From Tubulanus polymorphus (Eukaryota; Animalia; Nemertea), in the NCBI RefSeq assembly GCF_964204645.1, contig NC_134029.1, positions 11,806,850 to 11,870,849 on the forward strand: a DNA stretch of 64,000 bases, in the 5' to 3' direction. The number at the start of each line of letters is the position of its first letter. The first letter of the stretch is position 1. Shown piece by piece: positions 1-12,252 of this stretch. The position numbers and the translations under genes are program-made. The notes under the pieces are model-generated. The model made no database searches, was not told the DNA's origin, and worked only from the letters and a program-made list of their open reading frames with translations.

Positions 1-308
1 TGTTTCTTATCATTATCTTTATCAAAATAATCTTCACCTAAAATATCATTATTCTTATTTCTAATATGACTTTTAGATTTTAAATGTTCTTTATAATATC
101 TTTTATCACTGAATGATTGATAACATGTATCACATTTGTATGTTTCTTTTTCATTCTTTAATTCATCTAATTTAGTTTCTAATATATCATCTTCATATTC
201 TAATTTCAATTTATTCTGTAAATGTGTTTTAGTTTTATTGTGTCTTGCTTTTTGGGATTTATCTATATTGATATTACATGTTGGACATTAGTACTTATTT
301 GCTTCCAT
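1..308 (-). pseudogene. N-terminal zinc-finger region of a Polinton PolB-like gene, running off the window edge
   Basis: Minus strand reads MEANKY*CPTCNINIDKSQKARHNKTKTH...KCDTCYQSFSDKRYYKEHLKSKSH...NDILGEDYFDK. This parallels the ZnF-ZnF-NVLGIDYFDD N-terminus at 27578-28126. One in-frame stop. Confidence 0.65.
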
Positions 309-565
309 TTTAATACTAAATTTTTTTTTTAAATTGATTTTAGAAGTTCAATGATTTATATCATGTACTATTTCAATCACACTTTACTAACACTTTTAAT
401 GTTTAAAAATCTAACTCATACAAATATGAATATTGAAATAATGTTGTAAATATATACTTTTATATTGAATAATCTGTCAATTTAAATGTTATTCATTTAC
501 ATGAATATTTTAAGAGTAATAGGGGTAATGGGCTTTCAGGTTAAAGGTTGAATGGTCGAGTTCAT
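309..565 (-). mobile_element. Subterminal region of a Polinton-related element
   Basis: cacactttactaacac repeats and agtaataggggtaatgggctttc...aaaggttgaatgg, closely matching 61020-61360 and the reverse complement of 39180-39440/41090-41200. Confidence 0.6.
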
Positions 566-967
566 TAAAAACAAATATTAAAAGTAATTTAAAACTATAA
601 TATATTCTCATAACCGTGTGTATTTCAGTTGAATAATAGAATAATTATTATTATTCGAATATATTTGATTATATGAATTTGTGTATTGTAAATAAATCAA
701 TAGCCTACAATTGGAATTATTTGTTTGTTCTGAAAACTGCGAATATGTCGATATGCACCTGAAGATGACTTGTTTTAATACTATTAGTATTAAAACAATT
801 GTTTTAATACTATTAGTATTAAAACAAGTCATCTTGATAACTTAGTCTAAGTTATTTTACTGGTGTCATTATTATGTTATTGTAGCTCACTTTTCAACAG
901 TCTATCATTTGTACAGGAAATCTTAAAATAGTTATAAAATAATCTAATTTCAACAGTTTTAATATTT

Positions 968-1107
968 AAACAAGAGGCCCATGGGCCTTGAAGCATTGGT
1001 AGATTATGCTGTGGTATTAAGTGGTTATAATGTTTTACATCTGCCGGCAAATCTTCTATGACGATATTGATTGGGAGGACCACAGACTTAAAGGTCTATT
1101 TGTCTAG
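968..1107. repeat. Interspersed repeat, left part of a unit that is contiguous at 43176-43800
   Basis: aaacaagaggcccatgggccttgaagc...tttgtctagt is nearly identical to 43176-43315. Confidence 0.8.
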
Positions 1108-1117
1108 TACCATTTTA

Positions 1118-3349
1118 TTAGGCCAGCCGTAGGCTGAGCCTATTACTATACAAATGGAGCGAATTTAAATGACATGGTTTCCACACAAAAGGCTCTTTTG
1201 CTTGCCAAGTGAGGGCATATTCGAACAAATCACGTATTTAAGCGTAATCCATTCTCGGAATCGTAGCGAGCAGAATTTCGAAATAGGGTCTCATAAAAAT
1301 GTTTTCTGCATTTTTCACGAAAGTTAAATCGGGAAAATTTCAATTTTTATCAGCCAATCAGGAAGTTGTGTCTTCCCTGTGATTGGTTTATCTGAAAATA
1401 TCAGCAGCTGTTCACGTGAATTATCGCGATTTCATTACTGGCGCTTTTGCGCATGACGTCATGTATCAACACGCGACAATACTTCCGCGTTCGCTACGTG
1501 TTCGCTGATTGGCCCATTTACTGGGAAATTCCACAGAAGCCTAATGTGGTTTGTTACAAGCGCTGTGATTGGCCCGACCCGATTCTGGCATGGCTTTAGC
1601 TTAGTGGGTTCGAATCCCTTGACGGGTGAAAATGATGGATCCTATCAATATCTATTGAAACAAATAAGTTTCCCGGTTGGGCAGCCGCGGATATCTACCG
1701 GAAGTGTTCCGGTTCGATATTTCGAGGTTTCGAGGAATTTTGGAGTGATATTGAAATCCGGTAAATACCAGCGGTAGATTGTGAAAACCCATTGCATGAT
1801 ATTTGTATTACTTAATCAACGAAAAGCGTCGGGGCCGCGCCAGGAGTTTTCGTGATTCAAGTAGCGCAATAGCCTACTTCTTCGTGTTCGTCCACCTCAA
1901 TTTTCATTCCGCCGATCTCTGACACGGCTCTGTCCCCGTCGGCGCTGTGATTGCACTTTCGTACCACCAACATTTTTTATTTCTATATCAGGGAGGTCTG
2001 GAGAATAAAAGAGTCAAAATTTGGATATCACATAGGCCTGATTTCATCGAATAAGTCGACCATGGTCGTTACGTTTCCGTACTTATTACCACCTAAAACC
2101 GTCTGAACAATTTTGTCACAACCAACATTTCGTTTACAGATATCAGGGTTCACGTGAACCCGCGGTCGTCTACTGTTTTACTTCCGGGTTTTATTTTAAG
2201 ATTTAAAATTGTATTTCAAGATCGATTTCTATGAAATCTTTAGTTGATCTGGTGTTAGGGAGGAATTTTTATTTGCTCTACAGAAAATTCATCCTTGACA
2301 ATTGCGCAAGGTTCGCGAAAAAAATGGTTTTACCAAATCGGGTGTATGACCTTGATATGCTAATTAGCCATGTGCCCGAATTGCAAATTCAATCAAATTT
2401 TATTCTGCCAAAAAAACGTTAAATACAATTCGCTTTCCGAGAGTTAATGGTATGCTGCATGGAACAAAGTTGTTTTGAGATGGGTCTTGAAGCTATTGAG
2501 GTCGAGAGATAACCATCTAGATAGTTCGTGAGAGTTCCAAAGTTTTGAAGAGGCTTCAAGGTAATGTCTTGATATTTGGTATATACGTGTATCTACCCTA
2601 GACACATCTTCAGGCCAAAAACTGGCCCTGTCAGATTCAAGATGGCCGACTGGCAGCCATTGTTGTTCGCCAAAATCAGCACTTTTTACACATTTTTGAA
2701 GTTTTCGAGGGAAATTTTGAAGACACTTTTATCAATAACCTTGATCATTCGTATATATTTGTTTCCCCCGAGGGCCCATCGGCATGAGAAAAATTGGATC
2801 GATCGGACTCAAGATGGCTGTCCTGTGACCTTTTTTGTTCCCAAAAATGTCAATTTTGGCCTGAATTCTGAGTACTGTAGCTTTCTAATGGTGTGCCATG
2901 TTTCATTGCAATTTGTAATGGGTATTCTTTGGAAAGGGATCTTTTATATCCGAGAGGGTATTTTTGACCAGGCAATTATGACGCACTTGGCGGCCATCTT
3001 GGAGTCATCAGTACTCATTCGTAGGTGGAAAAAAGTTTTTCCACATCATAATTGATACTTAAGCATATTTTGCAACTATAATCAATTGGAAAGTTGTAGC
3101 TCATGTTCTATGATCGAGGTGAGTTTCAAGCTCATTGGTTTTTGTATATGGCCACCAGGGGCGTTGAACAATACAATAACTTAGTATTTCTATATTACAT
3201 TCATTCCTGCTGTCTGTGTTAACACACGATTTTACTATGTAAATGATATTGAGCAGGGAGTGTATATTGATAAATATAACCCACAGATTACATCATTTAT
3301 AAAAAGCAAATCTGACAGGCTGGCCATTGTGCCCCTTGGGGCTCTTGTT
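1118..3349 (+). mobile_element. Non-autonomous Helentron-type (HINE) element, about 2.2 kb
   Basis: 5' ttaggccagccgtaggctg; 3' subterminal inverted ggctggcc followed by hairpin gccccttggggc and cttgtt. Internal 2540-3190 is shared with the 8219-9434 family. An empty site exists at about 43325. Confidence 0.65.
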
Positions 3350-3740
3350 CCTGAAAATGAATTTATTTTCTGCCGAACGATTTAGCCTAGGCTATTTGTA
3401 CTGTTAAACCTCATTAATGCGATTCTGTTAAAAAGACGAAACTAGTTTATTCTGATGCTTTCCATCATGTCCCAGCCAAGATATTTATATCAATCAAGAT
3501 TTGGATACAAGAACCCATTTTTACGCATGAACTGTTAGGCCCCACTGAATAATGAAAACAAAAACAGAACGATTTTTCTGAATGCAATTGCAAGACCATC
3601 TGATCTTAGACTAGAGCTCCAAGCTCTGTTGCATGTACGCATGCAAAACGTCGCAGAGAGCGATGCCGGCGTTGGTGTCACTGAGGCCGGCTGATGATTG
3701 TTTGTTTGTCTTTTTTGTTTGTTTGGCTTTATGTACGTCG
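3350..3740. repeat. Interspersed repeat, right part of the unit at 43326-43800
   Basis: cctgaaaatgaatttattttctgcc...ggctttatg is nearly identical to 43327-43792 apart from one indel. Confidence 0.8.
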
Positions 3741-5089
3741 TTTGGATCTTGGTTTCCCAAGACTATTCCTATTGGATTGTTCATTTAACCTCAAACCCAC
3801 TTGTCACTCAGCATTGATAGTGGATTCTTCAACAGCATCACGCCTTATCTCACTGAGCTACCGAGGCCGCTCGATTCAATTCCAAAAAAAACTACAGCAG
3901 CGGCAAATTACCATCGCAATATTGCAATTTACGACAAACAACGCGTAAATTCAATCACTGTTATTTAACGCATGGAAAAGATAATAAAAGGTATTTTTTC
4001 CCGCCCGGCGCGCATTACAAAGCGAATCTCTGCCGAGTGCGTAAGAGGGTGCTAGCGCCTTATGAGTGCGCAGCAGGCGGGTAGGGCGTCCTAAAGTGAA
4101 AACTTATATTAGGATAGAGCCGAATCGAATTTTACAATGTCAGTCAACTAATTGATGATACAACATGGTTGTTCTCGGCGTACTTAACAATGATATTTTC
4201 CTCCAATAAACAACTCTGGTAAAATTGAATAAAATGATCTATCTTTATCGGTGATATCGTATCATGGTGGTAGCCTACCGTTTACCGTTTGATGTTTCGT
4301 GTCATCATGAAATGGTTTTAACTTTAGTAAAGGTGTTCCCGCACGATCACATACGGGTTTCAGTCACGAGTAGGCTGCCGTTCCACTGCTCTAGAAATAC
4401 GTACTCTGACGCTGAGAATTAATCCCAAATAATCCCATGGATACTGATAGTTGGAATAACAGTGATATCCAAACACTGTGATATTTATAAACCGGAGGTA
4501 CATAATTTTATGTTTTTCTATTCAGAAGAGGCTGTTACCCATTCTTTACTGCCAATGTCAATACGGACATATCGCTACGCGATTGTTTAACCCGCTCTCA
4601 TCTACCAGATAATGAACGAGAAAAATGCGATCGAATAACTCGCTATTTTCGATCCATTTTACTCGCATTGGCATGACGTCATAGACGTCAACCAATTCTA
4701 AAAATCTTTAATTAATACCATGACACATTAGGACCGAGTTCTAGGCTTCATAAGTTTATATTTTTTGCCACATCAGCTATCAGCAGAACACATAGAGATA
4801 TAGAAAAAGATTATTAACTGGGAACAGTCTGAGGAACCAGGGGCCAATGTTGGTCATATCATGGATTTTTAATTTCCTTTATATAGAATTAAGGCCTATG
4901 TAATTCTAAATTGATCACAAAATTTTTACAGCCATACAGTAGCACCAGTGTATAAATTGAATGAAAATTACTATAGAAAGATAACCACACTCAAACGTGG
5001 TGAACGGATAATGAGATAAAATCCCACTATTTACAGATTAAAAGAATTAAAAACAAGAATTTATTTATTAAATATTAAATATTTAAAAG

Positions 5090-5131
5090 ACACGACGTTT
5101 CGATCTCACCCTAGAGATCATCGTCAGGTGT
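5090..5131 (-). ncRNA. Minimal type I hammerhead ribozyme of the Penelope pseudo-LTR
   Basis: Minus strand ACAC-CUGACGA-U-GAUCUC-uagggu-GAGAUC-GAAAC-GUC-GUGU: core boxes, 6-bp helix II, palindromic ACGU helix III, 4-bp helix I. Confidence 0.75.
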
Positions 5132-5208
5132 GAGAAATAGACTAAAAACAGGGGTATATATACAGAGGAGGACAGGTTAATTGAGTAAATTGATGAGTGA
5201 GTAAATAA

Positions 5209-6299
5209 TTAGTGTTTGGCAAGGCATGAAGTAATATACTTAGAAAGAAGGGAATTATGTGGAGAAAAGACATTATTTAAATTGGTACTAATATCTGAGT
5301 GACGAGTAATTAGGGCAGACTCAACTATGTGGCGTTTAGTGTAATTGCTGGAAGTATAAATAATTTCGGCTGTATCAAAATTAAAACGATGACCAGTGTT
5401 CCAAACGTGATTGGCTACGCCACTAGCCGGTTTTTGATTTATTATATCCTTTTTGTGTTCCGAAATTCGAGTTTTTAAATCACGACCAGTTTCTCCAAAG
5501 TAAATTTTATCACAGCCAAAACAAGGAATTTTGGAAACTCCGCAGTCCAAGGGTTTAGATTGATTGTTTTTAACCAAAGTCTTACTAATTTTGTTTTCAT
5601 AGGTGAAAATGATTTGTTTATCCAATAAAGGGAGAGAGTGACGTAACTTTTCCAAAACAGGTACATACGGAACTACAATGAACTCTGAAATGTGTTTTTT
5701 ATTTTCTGGAGGTTTAGAATTGAAGAAAGTACGTTTAGCCTTAGAAATAGCGATTTTCAAAATGTGATCAGGGTAAGCCAATTTTCTAAGAGAGTTGGAT
5801 ATATGGTCAAATTCAGCCGAAAGGAAGGTTTCATCGCAGATCCGCAGTGCACGGAGAAAGAGGCCTTGAGCGAGACCTATTTTGATTGATTTGGCAGTAA
5901 ACGAAAAGAAGTGAAGGTATGCCTCGGCGTTGATAGGTTTACGGTAGACTGAGAAAATCAAATGAGAAAATTTATTGTGAATTAGAACATCTAAAAAAGG
6001 AATTTGGTCATTTTGTTCCCATTCAAAAGTGAATTTCAAAGATGGATATTGGGAGTTGATGAAGTCGATAAAAGAGGTAAGATCAAAATTATCAGAAACT
6101 AAGCTCAGAATGTCATCAACATATCTAATCCAAAAGTTAGGTTTAGAGCCAGCGTACTTAGGGAGAATTTCGGATTCAAAGTGTTCAAGGAAAGATTAGC
6201 AAAAATCGGGGACAATGGGTTACCCATAGCGAAACCGAAAATTTGTTCATAGAATTTGTCTTCGAATTGGAAATATAAATTGGTAGTACAGAGTTCCAA
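5209..6299 (-). pseudogene. Penelope RT/GIY-YIG polyprotein fragment, frameshifted near 6190
   Basis: ORFs 6105-6299 and 5209-6039. YVDD lies upstream in frame with the latter. Confidence 0.85.
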
Positions 6300-7716
6300 A
6301 GGTTCAAGTACCTACTCTCATCATGAAGACATAATATACTGATACACCGGTCACAATCCTCTCCTTAATCGTTGAATATAAAAACGTAAAGATCGGTCCC
6401 TGGCGAGAGAACGTGTCCGTGCACAAACCCAAATAATTAAACTAAAATGCCGAAATTCTGATTGAATATAATAATAATAAAATAGATTTTATTTACCTTG
6501 ATGATAGTAATATCTCCAGATAGTACACAGTCCAATTCCTAACTCTAAATTCCTATTGTACTCTACTGTTGGTAACCCGTCTTAATTCTGGTATTTCCAC
6601 CCAAATCTCAAGTATCTTAACGAGCGTCCCCGGGTAAGTCTGCTTTCTCAAGACTGCGGGCCTCTTTTATGGAAAGGATCGGCATTCCTAGAATGCCGAC
6701 TCTCCCGTTCGACTTTTGGCAAGGAGCAGCAACCTAGCTGTCATGGCGGTTTTGGACATGTAGAATTAGCCTTAATGATTTGCTAATCTAAAATTATTTG
6801 AGAAACTGATTTGCCAAAGTAACTTTTCTTTCCAACCCTCCTGTCATAACGCGCTTTGATTTACTCACTCCCTACTCATCATCGTTGAAAGAGCAGCTAT
6901 TCTCTACGAGTTACCAACAGACATGTACACCAACAGAAACCTTAGAGAGCTAGTATTGATATTTGCCACAATTAAACTTCCATAAAACTTAAGCGATTAT
7001 AAAGGTCCTGTCCTTAATTAACATCCAGGATACTTAATTTTAGATATATTTTCAAAACTTAGTTTTCACCTAGATTATGGAACAAACTCATCGTTTCTTT
7101 TTCCAATCAACAATAGTAAACTTTCGATTCAGAAATACAATGTAATTAATTATCAAATCTAAAATCATTCTATACTTATTATACCAATTTTCATTTATAA
7201 TTTTACTAACTCTATAATACTACAGGATAAAGCAAAACAACCATGTCTTCCTATACTTCCGGTTCTTCCTTTTATAGAAAGTAGTCGGGAGTATCAAGAA
7301 GTAACAGCGAGATCCCTGCACAAACCACACTATCAAAGCACCTCATCGTTCCGACCCAACCAATTACAGTTCCGTCTATCCTTAAGTTTTTAAAAATAAT
7401 TCTGAATGTTTGCCAGATATCGACGCACAAGAACCGAGGAAGAATTATTTTTACCCCTGGCTGATTTATTGTCAGCGCTGGTAGATCAAAGCATCAAACA
7501 ACAACTTGCACACATCGTTTGCTGTCTGATACCCATAAAGAAACCACCAACGTAAACAAAAACCATCATTACAAACATTTTTTAGTTACTACGGAATCTT
7601 GCTGCGGATCAATACACTGGAAGAATTAATTTTTATGACTGTACTCATGTGGTCGCCATTGTGATGTACTCATGCAGATAAATTTCAATTCATATTGACA
7701 ACAATATCGTTCCATG

Positions 7717-8141
7717 TCACTTTGGATTAAGTCGTCCCCCTGTGATATTTTCAGCCAGAATATGTGGTACTTTACAAGTGCCTTTACGAGATGCAAATAG
7801 TCCAGGATCTGATGTAGCGCATCGCCTCTTACTACCAGGAGGGCGACCAGCTTTAATAAGTGCCCTCCCCTTCGTCTGTATCAGTCTTCGCCGACAGAAA
7901 CCACTCGAGTTCACTCTAATCCTCTTCCCAGAAAACACAGCTCCACGGGTGATACTTGTCCGTTTTTTGCCTTTGGATGTAAATATTGTTGTAGTCTTGC
8001 CAAAACTCTGGAAATGTGATGCAAGTTTTGAAGAGCCACATGGATTACCGCTCACAGAATTTCTGTACACACCCCAAAAATTTTCAAATCCAGATAGAAG
8101 TCCCGGTTCTCTGGTGGATAGACGAATTTTCATTATACACT
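7717..8141 (-). pseudogene. Possible C-terminal remnant of a MULE/SWIM-type transposase, cut by a Polinton-like end
   Basis: Basic tail RIRVNSSGFCRRR...AGRPP...PHILAENI...K resembles tails I recall from invertebrate MULE-like ORFs. No catalytic motif visible. Confidence 0.25.
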
Positions 8142-8218
8142 AGTAATAGGGTTTTAGTTGTTCTATACCAAAGGTCGAAGGGTCGAGCTCGTAAAAAATA
8201 AGAATAAATTCGAGCGTG

Positions 8219-9434
8219 TAGCCCACTTGGGACTTTAGTCCCAGCGGGCGTCTGCGTTCACTTTTCGTCCGTCCGTCCGTTCGTCCGTCCGTAGACGGAA
8301 CCCAGTTATTTTGGGAAGTTTTGAAGACGCTTCAATGTAATGTCTTGATATTTGGGTTACACATGTATCTACCCTTGACACATCTTCAGCCCAAAAACTG
8401 GCCCTGTCAGAATCAAGATGGCCGACTGGCAGCCATTGTTGTTCGCCTAAATCAGCACTTTTACACATTTTTGAACTTTTTGATATATGTGAATCCCCCC
8501 AGGGCCCATCAGCATAACAAAAATTAGGTCGATCGGACTCAAGATGGCCGTCCTATGACCTTTTTAGTGCCCAAAAATGTTAATTTTGGCCTGAATTCCG
8601 AGTCCTGTAGCTTCCTACAGGTTTGCCATTTCTCATTGCGATTTGTGATGGGTATTCTTTGGAAAGGGATGTTTTATACCTGAGACTTTTTTCATCAGCC
8701 AATTATGACGCAATTGGCGGCCATCTTGGTGTCACCAGTACTCATTCATAAGTGGGAAAAAGTTTTTCCACATTATATTGATACCTAAGCGTATTTTGCT
8801 ACCACAATCAATTAGAAAGTTGTAGCTCATAATGTGTTCTATAACTGTGGTGAGTTTCAAGGTAATTGGATTTATCATATGGCCACCAGGGGGCGTTGAA
8901 TAATACAATATCTTCGCATTTCTTTATTATATTCGTACTATGCATATTTTGTAACCACAATCAATTGGAAAGTTGTAGCTCATGACATCATCTATGATTG
9001 TTGCGAGTTTTAAGGACATTAGTTATTCTATATGGTCACCAGGGGGCGTTGAATAGTAGAATAACTTAGTATTTCCTTATTATATTGGTACCTAGGCATA
9101 TTTTGTTACCATGATCAATTGCAAAGTTGTGGTTCATGACATGATCTATGATTGTGGTGAGTTTCGAGGTCATTAGGTTTCGAATATGGTCACCAGGGGG
9201 CGTTGAATAGTAGAATAACTTAGTATTTCCATATTAAATTGGTAACGAGGCATATTTTGTTATCACAATCAATTACAAAATCGTAGCTGATGACATGTTC
9301 TATGATTGTGGTGAGTTTCAAGGTCATTGGTTTTTGTATATGGTCACCAGGGGGCGTTGAATATTGAAATTGTTAGATTGTTGAGCATTTGGAACCACTT
9401 CCCAAGTGGGCATGGTGTCCCTGGACCCCTAGTT
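8219..9434 (+). mobile_element. Non-autonomous Helentron-type (HINE) element, family A
   Basis: 5' tagcccacttggg plus short IR, (cgtc)n microsatellite, about 155-bp central tandem units (ggtcaccagggggcgttgaa), 3' subTIR cccaagtgggc, hairpin, ctagtt. Confidence 0.8.
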
Positions 9435-9557
9435 TTTATTTTTTACTCACTCGACCACTCAACCTTAATTGTTATAGAACAACTAAAACCCTATTACTCT
9501 TAAAATATTAATCTAATAACTTCTAAAATCAATTTTAATAAAAAATTTGATATCAAA

Positions 9558-10190
9558 ATGGAGACAGAACAATCACAAACTATCAATATTACAAATAGTG
9601 TTGTTAATATTTATCATAAGAAATGTGAATTGAATAAGCCATTTACAGAATATTTCACACAAAAAACTAAGAAAGATGGTTTAAGAAATAATTGTAAAAC
9701 ATGTTGGAAACAGAATAATAAAACATATTTTACAAATCACCCAGATTATATGACAGAATATATGAGAGAATGGAGAAATAATAATCCTGAACATTATAAT
9801 GATTACAGTAATAATTATCGAAAAGAAAGATATCAAACAGATCTTAATTCTAAATTGAAGCAATGCTTAAGTTCTAGATTAACACAATTATTCAACAAAG
9901 AAACGCATTCAGCAACACTATCTTATTTGTTGGGTTGTACATATGAATTCTTAAAATCATGGATAGTATATCAATTCGACGATAAAATGAATATAGATAA
10001 TTATGGTGAATACTTCCAGATTGATCATGTGTTGCCGATTTCTAAATTTAAAGTGAGTGATGAACACAATCAGAAGCTAATCTGGAGCTGGAAAAACTTA
10101 AGACCTTTAGAAAAGAAGGAAAATATAATTAAATCTGATAAACTAGATTTACAGTTATATTTAGATCAACTATATTTACAATCCGTATGA
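9558..10190 (+). CDS. HNH / endonuclease VII-like nuclease of the type common in large DNA viruses and phages
   Basis: Open 210-aa ORF: N-terminal KDGLRNNCKTC Zn-ribbon remnant, then LGCTYEFLKSWI...QF...MNIDNYG...QIDHVLP...NLRPLEKKENIIK. Confidence 0.75.
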   Translation: METEQSQTINITNSVVNIYHKKCELNKPFTEYFTQKTKKDGLRNNCKTCWKQNNKTYFTNHPDYMTEYMREWRNNNPEHYNDYSNNYRKERYQTDLNSKLKQCLSSRLTQLFNKETHSATLSYLLGCTYEFLKSWIVYQFDDKMNIDNYGEYFQIDHVLPISKFKVSDEHNQKLIWSWKNLRPLEKKENIIKSDKLDLQLYLDQLYLQSV

Positions 10191-11678
10191 TATCGTTCAG
10201 CTCACTGAGATCTACAAATACTCCGCGTGTTTTTTCACGAATCATCGTTACAAAAGCACTGTCGGGCCGTAAATATCGAAAATTTAGCCCCATTCAATGG
10301 GGCGACATGTTTTTCGAGTCGTCATCCCGAAATCAACCTGCAGGCCGATTGTCACTTCGATTATCAATTCAAGTATAAATGAACTAATTGATTGCCGCAG
10401 ATTTCACATTCAGCCGCGGTCTTCAAACAGTAATTTTAACAATAGCCAATTTTCCTCATCAAATCATATTACCGATACACTGGAAATTTACTACTTTAGA
10501 TTTTAAAAGCACTTTCGAGCCGTAAACATCGACGAATCGGCGTGTGTCACTACATCGTCGTTCCGGAGATCAGCCGCGAGTTTCTCCTCATCATGAGAAT
10601 CAATTTGAGTACAAATTAATTTGTTACTACCAGTGATTTGGCTGCGGGTTTCAAGGAGTTAGTTTAACAATACCTATTTTTCTTTACCAAATTAACCGTG
10701 TATTTACTGAGATAAATCTTTAGTGTTCCGGGGGGCCGTAGGCCTAAACTAAACACGCCGAAGAGATATAGCGGAGAAAAGCTGTTATGTCGGCGAGGTA
10801 TCAAAATAAAAGAATATATTACTTTATTCGGCCGCGGGCTTCAACCTCTATATCAATACCATCAATTATCTATACTTCCTACAGTACATACCGATCATTG
10901 TCAAATGCACAAGGTATTTACCAAATACCAGTATATAACACACTCCTATCCGTAGGTTGGACTCACACTTGACATTCGGAGTAAGCGTTCGCTGTGGGGG
11001 AAAGGAGATCGTTCGCTGTGTCGCTTGAAGTGTTTATCGAGTTTTACGCGACCTTAAGGCTTTAGGCCTACCGGTACTGACATTTACTGTCCCAAACAAA
11101 CACAGTATAAATGTTGCGGTTATTAACGGACTCATTGGATTGAACTTCAAAACAAAATTTACGATATTTAGGAGGGTTGTTATTCAATAGGCCTACGACA
11201 AATCAGTCCGGATGTTAGGCCTACGCGTATACATAGGCCTACATAGGCTAGTAGCCTCTACTAGGTTAAAGCTAAGTTCACTGTATAGGAGGAACCAGAT
11301 TTATTAAAATGCATGTTAATTAGTGATTAACTGGTTCTGGACTTGCAACGATCAATCACAATTATCTATTTTATTGGCAAAAATCAAGATTTTTTTTTGA
11401 AAATTTCGTCTGAGCAGACAGCTTTATAAGCCAGACTTTTCATTTGAGTTTTTTCATCATAAATGAAACTGGTATTTCATTAATTCCTAATGAGTTAAGG
11501 CGGGCGTAGGTCGGCTTTGCAACGGCTTGTGACTCACTGCGACGCCATTCACTGCGACCGCCAGCGACGATTGTGTCACAACGACTCATCGACCTACGCT
11601 CCTTTGCGACGGGTTGCGGCTGTCAGCAACGCCAGTCACAAGGAGTCACACGTGTTCTACTTTCTGCGTCGCGACACG

Positions 11679-11753
11679 AGTAATTGGAATAGTGGGCTTT
11701 CAAACCAGATTACGAGAGTACGAGACACCTCTCATCACCACTAGTAATTTTTT
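11679..11753 (+). repeat. Left TIR of Polinton 1
   Basis: agtaattggaatagtgggctttcaaaccagattacgagagtacgagacacctctcatcaccactagtaattttttt. Confidence 0.9.
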
Positions 11754-11763
11754 TCACTAATAA

Positions 11764-12075
11764 ATGGGAGATAGAAAAGCATTCTTAGCAACAATAAATA
11801 ACAGAATAAAACCAGCAAAAAAACAATTTGAAATAAAAAAGTTAGTAGATGTTACCAAAGAAATTGAACATAAAATATTGAGCTTAGAAAAGATAGAAAC
11901 TAAATATGGGGAGAAAGTATCAGCGAATTTAAGTTACTGTAATGTTAGTACATCGCGAAAATTTAAAGTATTTTTACCTGATAAATGGGTTGCATTGAGT
12001 ACAGAGGAATTAAAAGATTTAGAAGGATTTAAAATAATCTATCATGGAAAAATGAAGACGGTCATCATGATTTAG
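11764..12075 (+). CDS. Small Polinton protein, possibly an OB-fold ssDNA-binding protein
   Basis: Open 103-aa ORF with TAAATG start. KIETKYG...VFLPDKW pattern recalled from Polinton small proteins; the fold is inferred. Confidence 0.5.
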   Translation: MGDRKAFLATINNRIKPAKKQFEIKKLVDVTKEIEHKILSLEKIETKYGEKVSANLSYCNVSTSRKFKVFLPDKWVALSTEELKDLEGFKIIYHGKMKTVIMI

Positions 12076-12252
12076 AAATTGTTGATTAAAAAAATAAATT
12101 GATAATAAAAATAATGAGTATCTAGAATCCGAAATGACTTATCTGGACAATTCAATTGCTCCGCGTAGATAAACAAAAGTAGTGAGATGGTGCCGTACGG
12201 CACCCACATGGTGATATTCAATTATTTTTTTGCTTCTTTTTCTAAAATATTA

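Larger units (their letters stand above)
5040..6305 (-). mobile_element. 5'-truncated Penelope-like retroelement (RT + GIY-YIG endonuclease)
   Basis: RT motifs QIFGFAMGNPLSP and FWIRYVDD, thumb FLDVLI...VYRKP, GIY-YIG-like C-terminus (CGVSKIPCFGCDKIYFGETGRDLKTRISEH...VES), hammerhead downstream. Confidence 0.9.
8142..10190 (+). mobile_element. Polinton-related terminal fragment carrying an HNH gene, interrupted by a HINE
   Basis: Starts agtaatagggttttagttgttctata with an inverted copy ending at 9498, the same architecture as 39089-39223. AT-rich ORF follows. Confidence 0.55.

Noticed and set aside
1595-1625. tRNA-like B box ggttcgaatccc
   Set aside because: No cloverleaf or properly spaced A box; not called as a tRNA or SINE.
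2576-3055. ORFs inside HINE repeats (also 8235-8527, 46847-47116, 54585-54767)
   Set aside because: Frames are not preserved between copies and no protein motifs are visible.
6320-7200. Possible solo LTR next to the Penelope fragment
   Set aside because: No second copy, PBS/PPT or TSD identified.
7742-8143. 133-aa plus-strand ORF
   Set aside because: Probably the antisense shadow of the minus-strand remnant; no recognisable motif.
8800-9360. Regularly spaced ggtcaccagggggcgttgaa motifs resembling a CRISPR array (also at 45950-46430 and 53790-54420)
   Set aside because: The intervening sequences are homologous to each other, so these are tandem units of a HINE; eukaryotic context and no cas genes.
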